From Vicugna vicugna (taxonomy: Eukaryota): a stretch of 64,000 nucleotides of DNA. The translations under genes were made by a program, and so were the position numbers. Below the pieces are notes generated by a model. It was not told the DNA's origin, did not search any database, and saw nothing but the letters and a program-made list of their open reading frames with translations. Every line of letters starts with the position of its first letter. The first letter of the stretch is position 1. Shown in pieces: positions 26,260-38,700 of the stretch. The DNA is taken from NCBI GenBank assembly GCA_013265495.1, contig MU058198.1, forward strand, positions 1,004,419-1,068,418, read 5' to 3'.

Positions 26260-26930
26260 CTTAACTCACATTCAGTCTGCTAGCAAGTCCCATTGGCTTC
26301 CTCTTTAAATACAGCCAGAATCTGACCACTTCTCATCCTCCCTGTCATCCCCCGTCCCAAGCCACTGTGAATCTCTGGATTGTCCCACTAGCCTTCTAAA
26401 GGGTTCCCACACTCACTCCCCAAAGGCAGAGTGAGCCTTTTTTAAAAGTGGCAGATCCCATCACTCCTCTGCCCTCTGCCCCCAGGGCCCCTCATCTATG
26501 CAAAGGACAATCCCACGTCCCCACCTTGATTCACAAGGCTGTGCGTCGTCTGACTCCCAGCACCTTCAGACTGCAGCTGCCACCACGTCCCCCTCACTCC
26601 TCCACTGTCAGCACCTTCTGGGAAGGACCGTGAACTTCCTAAGGACTTTCCCACCTGAAGGCCCAGATGCGCTCGCCTCTTCTTGGAATAATCTTCTCCC
26701 GCCTGCTCTCAAGGCTTCATTACATCTCAGCTCACATGTTACCTTGTCCCAAAGCCCTCATCACTTTCTCCCCTCTTCCATGGTCTATTTCCCTCCTGAC
26801 CCTCATAACCTTCTAACACATCATCTGTTTTGGTGTTTGTCATTGTCCCTCTCTCCCAAGAAAGACCCATGAGAGCAGGGACTTTTTTTATTCTCCTCTT
26901 TATCCCACATGGTGGATCCTCAGTAAAGAT
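26260..26930 (+). mobile_element. L2 LINE fragment
   Basis: 'ccagaatctgaccacttctca', 'gcagagtgagccttttttaaaa', 'ccatgagagcagggactttt'. Confidence 0.65.
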
Positions 26931-26959
26931 GTAATAAGCACCTTGGTTTAAGAAGTAGG

Positions 26960-27205
26960 ATGGCAGAGTTGTTAGGTGGTGAGGCTCTGCAGCAAATTTC
27001 CCAACGTAGTAATCATAGCTCTGCTGTTAATATCTGGTGAGCTTGGACAAGTTATTTAACTTCTTTGTGCCTCAGTTTCTTCATCTGTAGAAAGGGTATG
27101 TTAATACCCCAGAGAGTTCTTGGGAAGATTAAATGAGTTACTACTTGTGGAACGTTTAGATCAGTGCCCGGCACATTCTTACTGCGTTTTCTCAATGTTT
27201 ACTTT
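26960..27205 (+). mobile_element. MIR SINE
   Basis: 'ttggacaagttatttaacttctttgtgcctcagtttcttcatctgtagaa...gattaaatgagtta'. Confidence 0.8.
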
Positions 27206-27556
27206 TTATTATTTTTGAACTCCAGTCTTACCGTTGGTGTGTGAGTCGGGGAAAGTCAGTTTAACCTCTCTGTGCTGTAGTTTACTTACCTGTATCAGCA
27301 TCCTTGAAATGGCTAAAAATGTCTTGTGTGATCAGCTCCTGCCTCATCTCACACCTCTCTCTCCTTCCACTCCTGAATCTCCAGCTCCGCCAGCCTTCCA
27401 GTTTCTCACATGCCCTCTGCATCTCCCTCCTTGGGAAGCGTGTAGCGCAGGTTCCTCTGCTTCTGACATCGTTCCTCTGCCTCTTTATCTGACCCCTACT
27501 TATCCCTGCCATCTCTTCAAGGAGACTCCCCAGGTTCCTTCTTTTATAAGCCCCCC

Positions 27557-27889
27557 TCTATGGTCTGAAATTTTGTGTCCTGCCCTTGCCCCCAGTTCAC
27601 ATGTTGGAGTCATAATCCCCAGTATCATGGTGCTCAGAGGTGGGCCTTTGGAAGTGATTAAGTTATATGGGTGCAGCCCTCATAAAAGGGACCCCGCAGA
27701 GCTCTCCCACCCTGTCCATCATGTGCGGATACGAGAGGTCTACGACCCTGAAGATGGCCCTCATCTAACAGCGATGACATCCTGGTCTTGGATATCTGGT
27801 CTCCAGGACTGTGAGACATGAATTTCCGTTGTCGGTAAACCTCCCAGTCTGCGGTATTTTGTTACAACAAACCCAAAAGCATTAAGACG
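27557..27889 (+). mobile_element. MaLR solo LTR (MLT1A-like) inserted in L2
   Basis: 'ctatggtctgaa...gaggtgggcctttggaagtgatta...ctccaggactgtgaga...gtattttgttaca...taagac'; flanks ccccc/ccctc. Confidence 0.8.
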
Positions 27890-30800
27890 CCCTCCTCAGA
27901 TTCTGCGCTCCCCCCTCACAGCAGTGGCCCTGCTGTATCACGCTGTGCGGTGCTGACTGCTGTCAAGGATTTCTGACCACCCAGCTAGACCACAGGCCTT
28001 GTAAGGAGGGTGCCTTTCTCTGGGTTACCCACCACCCGTATCCCTGATGCCTGGCACAGTGCCTGCGAAAGAGTACACACTGAAAAGCGTACATTCATAT
28101 GTAGTGAACGAATGTTGATGGTATGTAAGGTTAGGCTCCATTATTTAAAATCACCCTCCATTGCTAAAATGCTCTGTTTGGAAACAGTTGGGAAGGAATT
28201 CAAATAATCTTCACACTTAGGTGGTGGCGGAGTTGAGAGCACTGAAAACAAGCCACTGGCATCACTGGTCTTTGGAGAGTTTTGCCTTCCACCTGGGAAT
28301 TCTGTGTCGTTCCCGGGGATGGGTGATTTGCCTTAAGTGGGTCACATATGAAACCACTTGATGCCCAGTGTCGCCTCTTCCTCCACTCTGTCCCCAACAA
28401 TCATCTCTCTCGGCTCAGGCAGCAGTTAATTTAAGGTAGCCATTAAACGGAACCAAATTGCTCTTTAAATACCATAAATCATTTAACAAAATAGCTTTCA
28501 TCTGCCAAACAGAATTAATCCTCAAAGCTGGAAAAATATTCCAAGTGCATATATGTGTGCTTGTGTGCACTTTCTTCCTTCTGAAAGTAAATGGAAAGAT
28601 TTAATTTTAACCATTTTTTCAGTGAGAACTTTCCAGCACACTCAACAGTGGAGAGAACCGTCAAAGAACATCCTGCACACCCAACACGCCGTCCCAACAC
28701 CTTTGAGCACGTTGACCAGCTTGTTTCATCTAAATCTGCAAATTCCTTTTTAATCTTCCTGGCTGGGATTTGCCCAAGTAAATCCCAGATATGATCTCAT
28801 TCTACTGCAACCATCAAAGACAAAGACCTTTCTTTCTCGATTACACTACAGAGCTGTTGGCACACCCAGGAGGCCAACGATACTTCTCCAAAGGCTTTCG
28901 ATACTCCACCCACATTCCTTCCTCTGCAACGGGAAGTTATGAAGGCCTGGTGTGGATTTACGTAGGTCCTCTCTGGAGAGAGGAGCAGCCTCTTCCAAAT
29001 CACCCTCAAGGATGGAGAGGATTTCAAAAAGATGCCTGTGGCCAAGCGTGGGAGGGAGATGAGAGTGCCTGCCTCGCTAGCCAGATGTGCAAGATCAACA
29101 GTCAGTTATTCCAGTGGCAGATGTGAGTGTCAGAGCACCTTGAGATACCACTTGTGCCAGTCTGTTTAGGTCTGTCTGTCCGCCTGCCTCTCTGATTCAT
29201 CCATCTGTCACTCTATTTGTCTATCTGTCATACTAATCTTTCCAAGCATCCACCCACCTAGTTAGTGCTCACACTCTCTTAAATCTATTTAAGTGACTGC
29301 TCTAAGCAGCCCATTGATGCATGTAATTCATCCTATTGCCAATAATCACTCAAAGCCCATTGGTTTTGCCCTACCTGCTCATGCAGAATCTCGGTCTTTC
29401 GAAATTCTCCTCAGATTCAAACACACTCTGCAGTGTGTTTCCCTAATCTATGCCTCTTGTTCTGTCTTGAATGGAAACTATGAGTTCAGGAATTTTGGTC
29501 TGCTTTGTTCACTGTTGTATCCCAGAGCCCCTGTCCAAGGTCCGGAGTAGAGCTGATACTCAATTCATACTTGATGAATAAATGAATGAATAATTCTTTA
29601 TCATCTCCTTTTACAAATAAGTTATTGAAGCTCAAGGAGGTTAAAGAATTTGCTCAAGGTCACACATCCAGAAAAGGGAAAAGCTGAGCTTCGAAGTCAG
29701 ATTTGTCCAGTTCATAAGCTTCATGCTCTTAACAGATTTTCATGTTACCTCCAGCCAATTAAATACTCCCTAGTAGGAGACATACCCTGGTTGCATTCTA
29801 CCATCTTTTATGGAAGTTCCTCTTATTGTCAAACCTAAATTCCTCTGAGTTGATTTTTATTCTATCACACAGAGGACATGATTTTAAAAACTTGGGTTAC
29901 TGATACCCTCACCTTTGTCCTTTTGATTCATTCACTTGTATTTCTTGGTACTATATGGGAAAGTTGATTTGGGTGTGATGTAAACATGGAAAAATGTAAT
30001 GAAAATAATCTGGAAGCTTCTTTGACAAGCAAAAGAATTCGGAGATGTATGTTTTGTAAGTGGGGTGATCTCTTTGCCAAAAGTCCTGATCATTTGCTTA
30101 CTTTAGCAGATTTCCTGAGTACTTACTATATTTCTATACTAGCTATTGAAAATGTACCCATGTGTCTGTGTCTTGCAAGATGTCTCTGAAAAATGACCTT
30201 CAGCAAAATATCGGGCCATTTTGAGCCTGTGTGTTTGCAAACCGTATTTAGTTAAAATCTTTTGCATACTTGTCTAATCATTTTAACCAATTACTATTTA
30301 ACTAATTTTAATGCATTTAATTAATTTAATAATTTAATTACTTATTTAATTACTTAACTAATGATTTGTGCTTATTAAGTTTTTCTGATTTTGTTTTAAA
30401 GAAATAGTCATCTTATTTCATAGTAATTGTACAGAATGCTGAGGAAAATGTGAGATTATCCAATTTTACTCTCTATGTAATTGCTATTCTGTTGGTAAAA
30501 AGAAATGAATGTTGGCAACTTCATATGGTTCTGTTTAATAATTTTATCTAACTATAAACTAAAATACTGGACTTTCTTGTTTAATCCTAGGGATTATATA
30601 CTGGAAATAATATCATAGTCTTGTCTTGAAGCTACTGGTGAAGCATATCTTTTAAACTTGAACATTAGGGTAGGGTTGCCTGTTGCAGGCTATTGTAGGG
30701 AAGACATATAACCTCATAAAGGGTCAAAAAAAGTGATGTGATAAATCACCTTTAAAAGACTGAATAGGTATCGGGACTGTAGAATGTTAATGTAACCTGA

Positions 30801-30944
30801 GTAAATGTACTAACAGAGCCAAATAAAGTATCAGTCAAAAGAAATGGGCAGGAGATTGCACAACCAAGGAGACAGGAGAAAGAAGAGAAACTATTGTCAT
30901 ACTCTGCTCAGCACTGCCCAGCTAGAAGGGAATTTTAACCAATA

Positions 30945-32570
30945 GAATTTTTCTTTTTCTTTGAGGTGCAATTAAGTTCAGCATTCAATGAAATGAATTT
31001 TGACAATTGTACACAACCACCAAAAACAAGACATACTACCTTTCCTTCATAGCAGAAAATTTCCTCAAATTTCTTTCCAATCAATACCGTCTTCCCTCCT
31101 GGGCAAACTCTTTCCGGTATTTTTCACTTTGGAAGAATTCAGCCTGTGCTGGAGCTCCATGTAGATGAAACCCTCTGTGTAGATCCTTTATGTAAGGCTT
31201 CTCTCACTACACATAATGTCTTTGAGATTCATCCATGTTGTTGGGCATACCAGTAATTTCTTTATATTACTTAATAGTATTCCATTGTTTTTCAACTACA
31301 ATGCTTACAATCCACTACAATCCACTACAAATCCAGTGGATTTTTTTTGCAGTAAAATATATACAACGTAACATTTATCATTTTAACCAATATCTAGTAT
31401 ACAATTCAGTGACGTTAAGCACATTCACATTGCATGCAACCATTACTACTATCCATTTCCAGAACTTTTTATCATTTCAGACACTCTGTACCCTTAAACA
31501 ATAACTCCCCGAATCTCCCCTTCTCCCAGCCTCTGGTAACTTCTACTCTGCTTTCTGTCTCTATGAATTTGACTACTCTAGGTACCTCATATAAGTGGAA
31601 TCAAACATTATTTGTCCTTTTGTGACTGGCTTATTTCATTTAGCATAATGTCCTCAAGATTCATCCAGGTTGTAGCATGAGTCAGAATTTCCTTCCTTTT
31701 TAAGGCTGAATAATATTCCATCATATGTATATGCTGTATTTTATTTATCCATTCATCTGTTGATTGAATTCTTGGGTTGTCTCTACTTTTGGGTTATTGT
31801 GAATATGTTGCTACAAAAATTGGTATACAAATACCTGAGTCCATGCTTTAAACTCTTTTGCATATATCCCAGAAATGGAACTGCTAAATCATGTGGTAAC
31901 TCTGTGTTTACTTTTTGAAGAACTATCATATTATTTTCCATAGTGCTTGTACTATTATGCATTCTCACTAGCAATGCACAAGGGTTTCAATTTCTTCTCA
32001 TCCTTGCTAACATTTGTAATTTTCATTTTAAGACCTTCATTTAAATGTCTTTCCACTTATTTTCATTTTTAATCTCTTTGAGGAAATCTTTGTAGTTTTT
32101 AGTGTATGGGTCTTTCTTGGTTAAGTTTATTCCTCAATATTTTATTCTTTTTTGATGCTATGTCAATGGAATTGTTTTCTGAATTTCCTTTTCAGATTGT
32201 TCATTGCTAGTGTATAGAAATGCCACTGATTTCTGTGTGTAGATTTCTTATCCTGCAACTTTGCTGAATTTTTAGCTCTAACAATTGTGTGTGTGTGTGT
32301 GTGTGTGTGTGTAAAGTCTTTAGGGCATTCTACATATACGATCATGTCATATGCAAACATAATTTTTCTTCTTCCTTTCTAATTTGGATGGCTTTTTATT
32401 AATTTTTTCTTGCCTAATTGCTTTGGCTAGAATTTCCAATATTATGTTGAATAGAAGTGGTAAAAGTGGGCTCTTTGTCTTGTTCCTGATCTTAGAGAAA
32501 AAGCTTTCAGTCTTTCATCATTGAGCATTTCATCATTGGCATTTCATATATGGCTTTGATCATGCTGAGG
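30945..32570 (-). mobile_element. Cluster of nested L1M fragments (3' UTRs plus an ORF2 remnant), containing (TG)n at 32286-32312
   Basis: 'tttgactactctaggtacctcatataagtggaatca', 'ttcatttagcataatgtcctcaagattcatcc', 'tatcctgcaactttgctgaatt'. Minus-strand ORF 32163-32360 begins 'FAYDMIVYVECPK', a degenerate L1 RT FADDMIVY motif. Confidence 0.85.
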
Positions 32571-33792
32571 TGACCAATGGATTTTGTATTGGCAATACCA
32601 TCTCTAACACCAGGTTGCATGAAGAGAGTTACAGCCAGTGCTGTTTGAATATTTTGTTTCCTTTGGCACAATACATCTCCTATAGGGTGGAGCATGTCTG
32701 CTGATAGTATGTGATGATTCTATGGGCACATTATAGCAATGTTAAGTAACATGGAGTCCCACTTTCCCACTGGCACGACTTTATTTCTTACACAAAATTC
32801 ATTTTCAGTTCTTTGGTTACATCAACGAGAAAGTCTCAGTCTGGTGCTACTATATCTTTAACACTGCTGTAACACTAATATTTTTTTAAATGAAGAGAGA
32901 ACAGATTTCAGTGATGGTACCTTTAGCAAACCACAGTATCTATTTCAATTTTAATGATATTGTCTTATTTTATTTGTATTTATTTTGTATTCAATTTCTG
33001 ACAAACGATACAGATTTTCTACTTGTTTATATCTGTAAAATAATAATACAGTAGAGATCTAAAGTTTTATTTTAAAAATAAGTGTATTTAAGTAATACGC
33101 AAGAGAATTGATCTTTGAAAGTTTGTATAAACGTGTCAGTTTAATTAAGGACCAAGTTTCTAGTACCAAAGGAGGAGCTAGAAGAAGTTGATTCTTTTCC
33201 TACCAGATGAATGGGGCTTTGTATGGAGAATGCAGATGTGTAAGGAGTAGATTTAATAGATGTGAACTTCAGTGATATCTTGACTTCCTTAAACCCAGGG
33301 AGGAAGAAAGTGTTTGGGGTCCTCAGTCAAAGAAGACAGTAAAGAGTTATAAATTTTTAATCTTCAGACTGATCACTCCAACAGCTTGTGAGTTCCTAAG
33401 GAAACTTGTGTTTTATCGGCATCCAGTCGCTGAAGATCAGAATTTCTGTCAGTAACTCTCAGCAGGGCAATAGTAGTGGAATGGGCTGGGTGGGAATCCC
33501 ATTGTTTCTGACTTCCCTGGAGTACTGGCCATCTGAGCATACCTAACCTTATTAGTGGCGGCAAGGTTTCCAGAGTAGGGCTGCCTGGGCGTATAAAAAC
33601 ACTAGTCTTTAAAATTCCGTAATTCTGAAAAGCAAGCACGTTCTTACATTTCAACATACAACTAGTATTTCCTCTCAATTAAAAAAAAATTGCAAAACCA
33701 TTTTTACATTCAAGGAAGACCTGTAGACTTTATATTAGGAAATATCTGATGACAAAAGAGAAAAACTCTTGATATAAAGAGGTGTTTGTTGC

Positions 33793-33904
33793 GGGGGGAG
33801 GGTATAGCTCAAGTGGTAGAGTGAATGCTTAGCATACACAAGGTCCTGGGTTCAATCCCCAGTATCTCCTCTAAAAATAAATAATTAAGTAACCCGAACT
33901 AATT
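33793..33904 (+). mobile_element. Camelid tRNA-Ala-derived SINE (Vic-1 type), 3' truncated
   Basis: ggggggagggtatagctcaagtggtagagtgaatgcttagcatacacaaggtcctgggttcaatccccagtatctcc plus an A-rich tail; A and B boxes present. Confidence 0.9.
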
Positions 33905-33980
33905 TGGTTGAGGGTTCCTAACCCCATCCCACGAAAGAATTGTCCAGGAGCCCCTTATCAAGAGAGTAGGTAATACTACT

Positions 33981-34478
33981 AGAATGGTCATCATTAAAAA
34001 GTCTACAAATGATAAATGCTGGAGAGGGTGTGGAGAAAAAGGAACCCTCCTACACTGCTGGTGGGAATGTAAATTAGTGCAACCACTATGGAGGACAGTA
34101 TGGTAGTTCCTTAAAAAACTAAAAACAGACTTACCATAAGATCCAGCAATCCTCCTCCTGGGCATATAACCAGAGAAAACTCTAATTCAGAAAGACACCT
34201 GCACCCCAATGTTCATAGCAGCACCATTTACAATAGCCAAGACATGGAAACAACCCAAATGTCCATCCACAGGTGACTGGATAAAGAAGTCGTGAGATTT
34301 TATACACACATACACACACACACATATTCCAGCCATAAGAAAGAATAAAATAATGCCATTTGCAGCAACATGGATGGAACTGGAGATCGTCATTCTAAGT
34401 GAAGTAAGCCAGAAAGAGAAAGAAAAATACCATATGACATCACTTAGATGTGGAATCTGAGAAAAAGGACACAAATGA
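33981..34478 (+). mobile_element. Relatively young L1 fragment (end of ORF2 / start of 3' UTR), no poly(A)
   Basis: 'agaatggtcatcattaaaaagtctacaaat..aaatgctggagagggtgtggagaaaa.ggaaccctcctacactg', 'gcagcaacatggatggaactggagat'. Confidence 0.92.
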
Positions 34479-36699
34479 GCCACTTATTATTTATAACTTA
34501 GATGAATTATTTCTTGAATATGTGTAAGCATATTTGACTGCCCTTTATGATTGGATTACTGCATTCTGTTGATTCTTATTTTGTGCTTGGCTTTATTCCT
34601 TCGATAACTATGTAAGTTTGAAAAGCTAAAGCTCTAAACTGTTCTTAGAAACAATGAACAGCAGTACATACATGTAAATTTTAAAAGGGTTTTAATCTCT
34701 CAATGAGTTGCTCCTCCTAGAATAAACTTTGTTTACCCCTCTCAAAGAAAAAAAAATGAAAAAGAAAGAGCAGGTAATAATAATACTAGTAGACATAGTG
34801 AAAAGTCATGTGGGTGGTACCAGAATGACTGAAGTTTGAGAAATATGAGGCAAGGCTATCTGTTACCATGAGGTGAATGTATCAGTCCATCTTCATCTTG
34901 ATGCCGGTGAACTTCTGATCCGTCCGACTCAGCTAGCTCCGAGTATGTAATCATCAGATGACCTTTGACTATTACTTGGCTGTTGACAGGGAGAGAAAAT
35001 GCTGGTCACGTGGAGTTAGAGGAATCCAATGTGTGTGATAATGATTTTCCGCTGAAAAATGTTCGATGAAGTGCTTGATTTTAAACATCAGTCTTGAGAA
35101 CTTGGGTTACGTGAATGTGCAGCTGAAAATGGATCTATTGTTCACACGCGGGCAGAGTTGGGGATTCGATCTGCAAAGCTGAGGCTCCTGCGTGGGACTG
35201 CAGAATGAGCGCCGAGGCAAGGACCGGCTTCCCCGGGGCCGCCCGGGCACTGGCTGGGACGGAGATGCAGCCACGACTCTCTGAAGGAGCAGCTGGATCC
35301 TGGTCCAACGTAGGCAGTCATTCTGTGCTATTCAATTCTTTCAGGTAACTGCTGGTGTGTTCTAGTCCCCCTCTCCAAAATAACAATGAACTCACTAGAA
35401 GGAATTACAAAATATTTAATGGTTTTGGCAAACTAAAAAAGTGTGCTTCGGTTCCACTTGGGTGGAAATAGATTTATCTGGCTTTCATCAATTCTGGATA
35501 ATTTTCTGCTTACAATTTTACCTGTTGCAATTAAACAGCTTTCAAGCCCCTCCTCTCCCTTCCTCTCCTTTCCCCTCCCCTCCTTTCTTTCTCTTCCCCT
35601 ATTTTTCTCTCTCTTCCTTCCGCACCCTGAGTCCCTACTTTGTGTTATATCTTGTGCTGGGGTAGGGGGTGGACGCAAAGGATAAACAAAGCAGGTAACC
35701 GCTAGTCTCTTGCACCTTACCACCCGGAGGGGGAGGGGGAGGGAGAATCAGATTAGTGGTCATACTAATCATTGCTAGTGTTTGCTGCGCTGATTCATTC
35801 AGCCCTCACAACAACGCTCTGAGGACGGTGTTAGTGTTGTCTACTGCACAGGTGACGAAAGGGAAGTGCAGAGAGGTCAGGCAACTTGCCTGGCGTGAGA
35901 CAGTTCGGAACTCAGGCAGCCTGTTCTTGAATCCATACCCTTCGATACTAACCAGATACAGCCGAGAAGGGCCAGAAGAGGAGAAACATGGGGGCGGCAT
36001 GGGACTTAGAAGAGAGATGCCGTGTGCTGTAATGGAGTTGACAGTGATCTGTTTGGAGGAGAATGCCAGGAGTCACGGGGAAAGGATACAAGACCTTACT
36101 GAAAGACAAAAATACTGTGCGTGACATGTAGCTTCCAAGTCCTCGTGAAGGCACCCAGCTACCAATAAAACTCGTTGAGAGGGGAGAGGCCTTGTCTGGT
36201 CCTCAGAGAAACTTCTTGGGCGGTCATCCTGGGCGTCCTGTTCCCTCCTGGCAGTTTGGGAGGCGCTGCCCCTTTGCCTGCCTGCCTGCCCACCAAGGGT
36301 GAGTCCCTGGTGACACCCAGCGCATTCCTGTGTGTTTGCAGTAGGACCAGGTGAATTGAAGGGCAGCTTCTCAAGAGTGTCATTTCCCAGCAGGACCAAG
36401 CCTTATGCTGCCATGCAGAGCCCTTCTGTAGACCCTAATCCGCTCTTCCTGCCTGACGGGGAGGTTTCTGGAGAGAGTGATCTCCAAAAGGTGGGTAGAA
36501 ATTTATCCATGACAGCAGTGGTGGGGAAGGGAAGGTTGAGTCGGGACATCTGGGATCAGCGAGTAGTTGAGCAGAGATGGGGAGGGAATGGGGCCAGAAG
36601 CAAGAGGCGAGGCTGGACGGATAATCAGAGACCAGAGTGTGCAGGGCCCAGTGTATGATTCCGGAACAATTTCCTATACACCAGGGATGGCGTTAACTA

Positions 36700-36890
36700 C
36701 ATGCATTGATTTATCTATTCCTCACAACAGCTAAGAGTGTAGGTTTTATCATTCATCCCATTTTACAGATGAGGAAACTGAGGAACAATGAGATTAAGGA
36801 GCTTGCTCAAGGCTACTCATCTAGCAAGTGGTGGAGCTGGGTTTGAGCCTAGAGATTCTAACTCCAGAGTCTGCATGCCTACCTCTTGTG
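36700..36890 (-). mobile_element. MIR SINE
   Basis: 'cccattttacagatgaggaaactgagg...cttgctcaagg...agcaagtggtggagctgggtttga'. Confidence 0.85.
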
Positions 36891-38524
36891 CTGTGTTCCT
36901 GAATTGGTCAGGGTGCTACCAGGCTGTTGGCAGTTAGAAGTCCCTGTCTTCCAACGGGCAGGTTTCTGCCCCTTTGTCTCGGTCTCCCTCGCCTTTGTCT
37001 TGAACCAGCTAAGCAGCTGAAAATTCCATCCCCTGCAATTCAGTTTCAGGGCGCCTATGAGGGAGCCAAGATGAATTCGAGTTTAATCTTGCATGCCTAA
37101 CGAACTCGCAGAGGTATCTCAGAAATTCTCCCGCTTCTGTTAGTGAGATAGTGTGTGAGGCTTATTTCCACTGACAGGCAGTTTTATCATTATTTTTAAA
37201 GCAGGGACTTGTCTCGAATAGTTCAGACGGTGTCAAAAGGAGAGATAAGAAACCTCCTAGAATAAAATATCAGTACAGGAAAAGAGCTAAGATTCGGTGA
37301 GTCCAACCCCTTCAATATACAGAGAAGCCAGGGCTAGTCCCAGGGGCCGGCCCACTAAACCCGCAGCCATCTTTTGGCAGGAAGCCCTTCTGGCTGCCTG
37401 GGGTGCGGTGTGAGAAGATGTGGGGGCTTTGGTAGACGGGCGGCGGAGGGCTGAGTATGAATTCTGGCTTGCTGGTTGTGAGACAAGTGACTTCCCCTCT
37501 CTGGAATTCAGAATCAACCTTTTGTAAAGCAGGATAAGAGAAATGCTTCCCCAGGGCAGTTGTGAAGATTAAGTGCTCATCATAATGTCTGGTGCATAGT
37601 AGGCACCTGGTAAATAGTGATCTCCTGTCCCCAAAGGCAGCTGAAGGATGGGAAGGGGAGCAAGGCTTGACCTTGGGGAAGTGACTCTCTAGCAAGGGAG
37701 ACAGATCTGCAAATAAATGGGCTCCTTGCTGGAACAGAGGGATGTACAGAGTGCCATGGGAACAGAGAGGAGGGAGAGTCTAACTGTTTGGGGGAAGTGA
37801 GGGAAGGCTGTGAGTGGGTAACATTTATTTGGGGTTTTAAAGGATGGGTAGGAGTTCACCATGTCAGTGTCAGAAAAAAGATTTCCAAGGAGAAGAGGCA
37901 GGAAGATGACAATGATGATGATGACAAAAACTAATAGCTGCTGAGGACTCTTGTAGGTGCAAATGAGAGAAAAATCCAACTCATAATTTAATGAGGAAAG
38001 GAAGACGTAATTGGCTCATGTGATTGAAAAAGTTTAAGAGAAGCTTTAACAGTTCACAACTGATTTTTGTAAGTAGCAGGACATAGAAGGATTGGACAGC
38101 AGTTCATTCAAGTAATTTTAGAAAAGCGGGAAACATACAGGTATGACTGGATCTAGGGGCTTGAATGGTGAAACTAGCATAGTTTCTCTCTCCTAATCTC
38201 AGATCTTCTCTCTTCCATGTAGCCTGCATTTTCTGACAAGCTCTCCCCTCATGTGGCAAGATGGTTCCAAGCAATTCTAGGCTTATTAGCAACCGCAGCT
38301 CCTCAGTAGTTCAATGGATTACATTTTACTGGCTTTTAAAAACTGACCTTCTAAGATTCCTGGGTCTGGGGTGATGCCATCTTTCAGCTTGCAGCCAGTG
38401 ACCCGGAAGGCATGGGGGACCTTTGCTGTCCGGTTATCCAGTTACAGGTTTGGATTCTTTCCATCTTTCCAGCACATGTCTTTTTCTACGTTGAAAAGCC
38501 CCAAGTTTTTGGTAGGTGACTGTA

Positions 38525-38700
38525 AAGCAGTGATTCAGAGCTCTGGAGTCAAATACAATCTGTTTCCACTTTCATAGTGTCCTAGCTGTGTGACCTGGGC
38601 AAGCTGTTTGACCTCTCTGAGGTTCAGTTTCCTCATCTAAAAAGAGGGACTAGTAGCACCGCCTTTTAAGATTGTTGTAGAAGGAAAATGAGATATAAAA
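38525..38700 (+). mobile_element. MIR SINE
   Basis: 'ctctggagtca...ctagctgtgtgacctgggcaag...tcagtttcctcatct'. Confidence 0.8.

Larger units (their letters stand above)
33104..34761 (+). pseudogene. Probable retrocopy of an mRNA 3' end (parent not identified)
   Basis: Non-repeat, 3'UTR-like AT-rich sequence; AATAAA at 34721-34726; A-rich tail from 34744; interrupts a transposon fossil; weak degenerate TSD. Confidence 0.5.
32669..34847. mobile_element. hAT-Charlie-type fossil (MER113-like by recall), split into about 32669-33103 and 34762-34847 by a ~1.65-kb insert
   Basis: 3' terminus 'aaaagtcatgtgggtggtaccagaatgactgaagtttgagaaata'; 5' part 'gatagtatgtgatgatt...' ending in 'ctaaagttttattttaaaaataagtgtattta'. 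Confidence 0.55.

Noticed and set aside
27234..27821. Longest ORF (195 aa)
   Set aside because: Runs across MIR, L2 and MLT1 sequence; no recognisable domain.
28791..29126. 111-aa ORF ending near a 'gtgagt' donor-like site
   Set aside because: No recognisable homology and only a weak acceptor; not supportable without RNA data.
33793..33870. tRNA-Ala gene (also 7265-7342 on the minus strand)
   Set aside because: A diverged SINE head with extra 5' G-rich bases and an A-rich tail instead of a Pol III terminator; stems are mismatched.
33899..34483. Minus-strand ORFs resembling database 'hypothetical proteins'
   Set aside because: Antisense translations of the L1 3' region.
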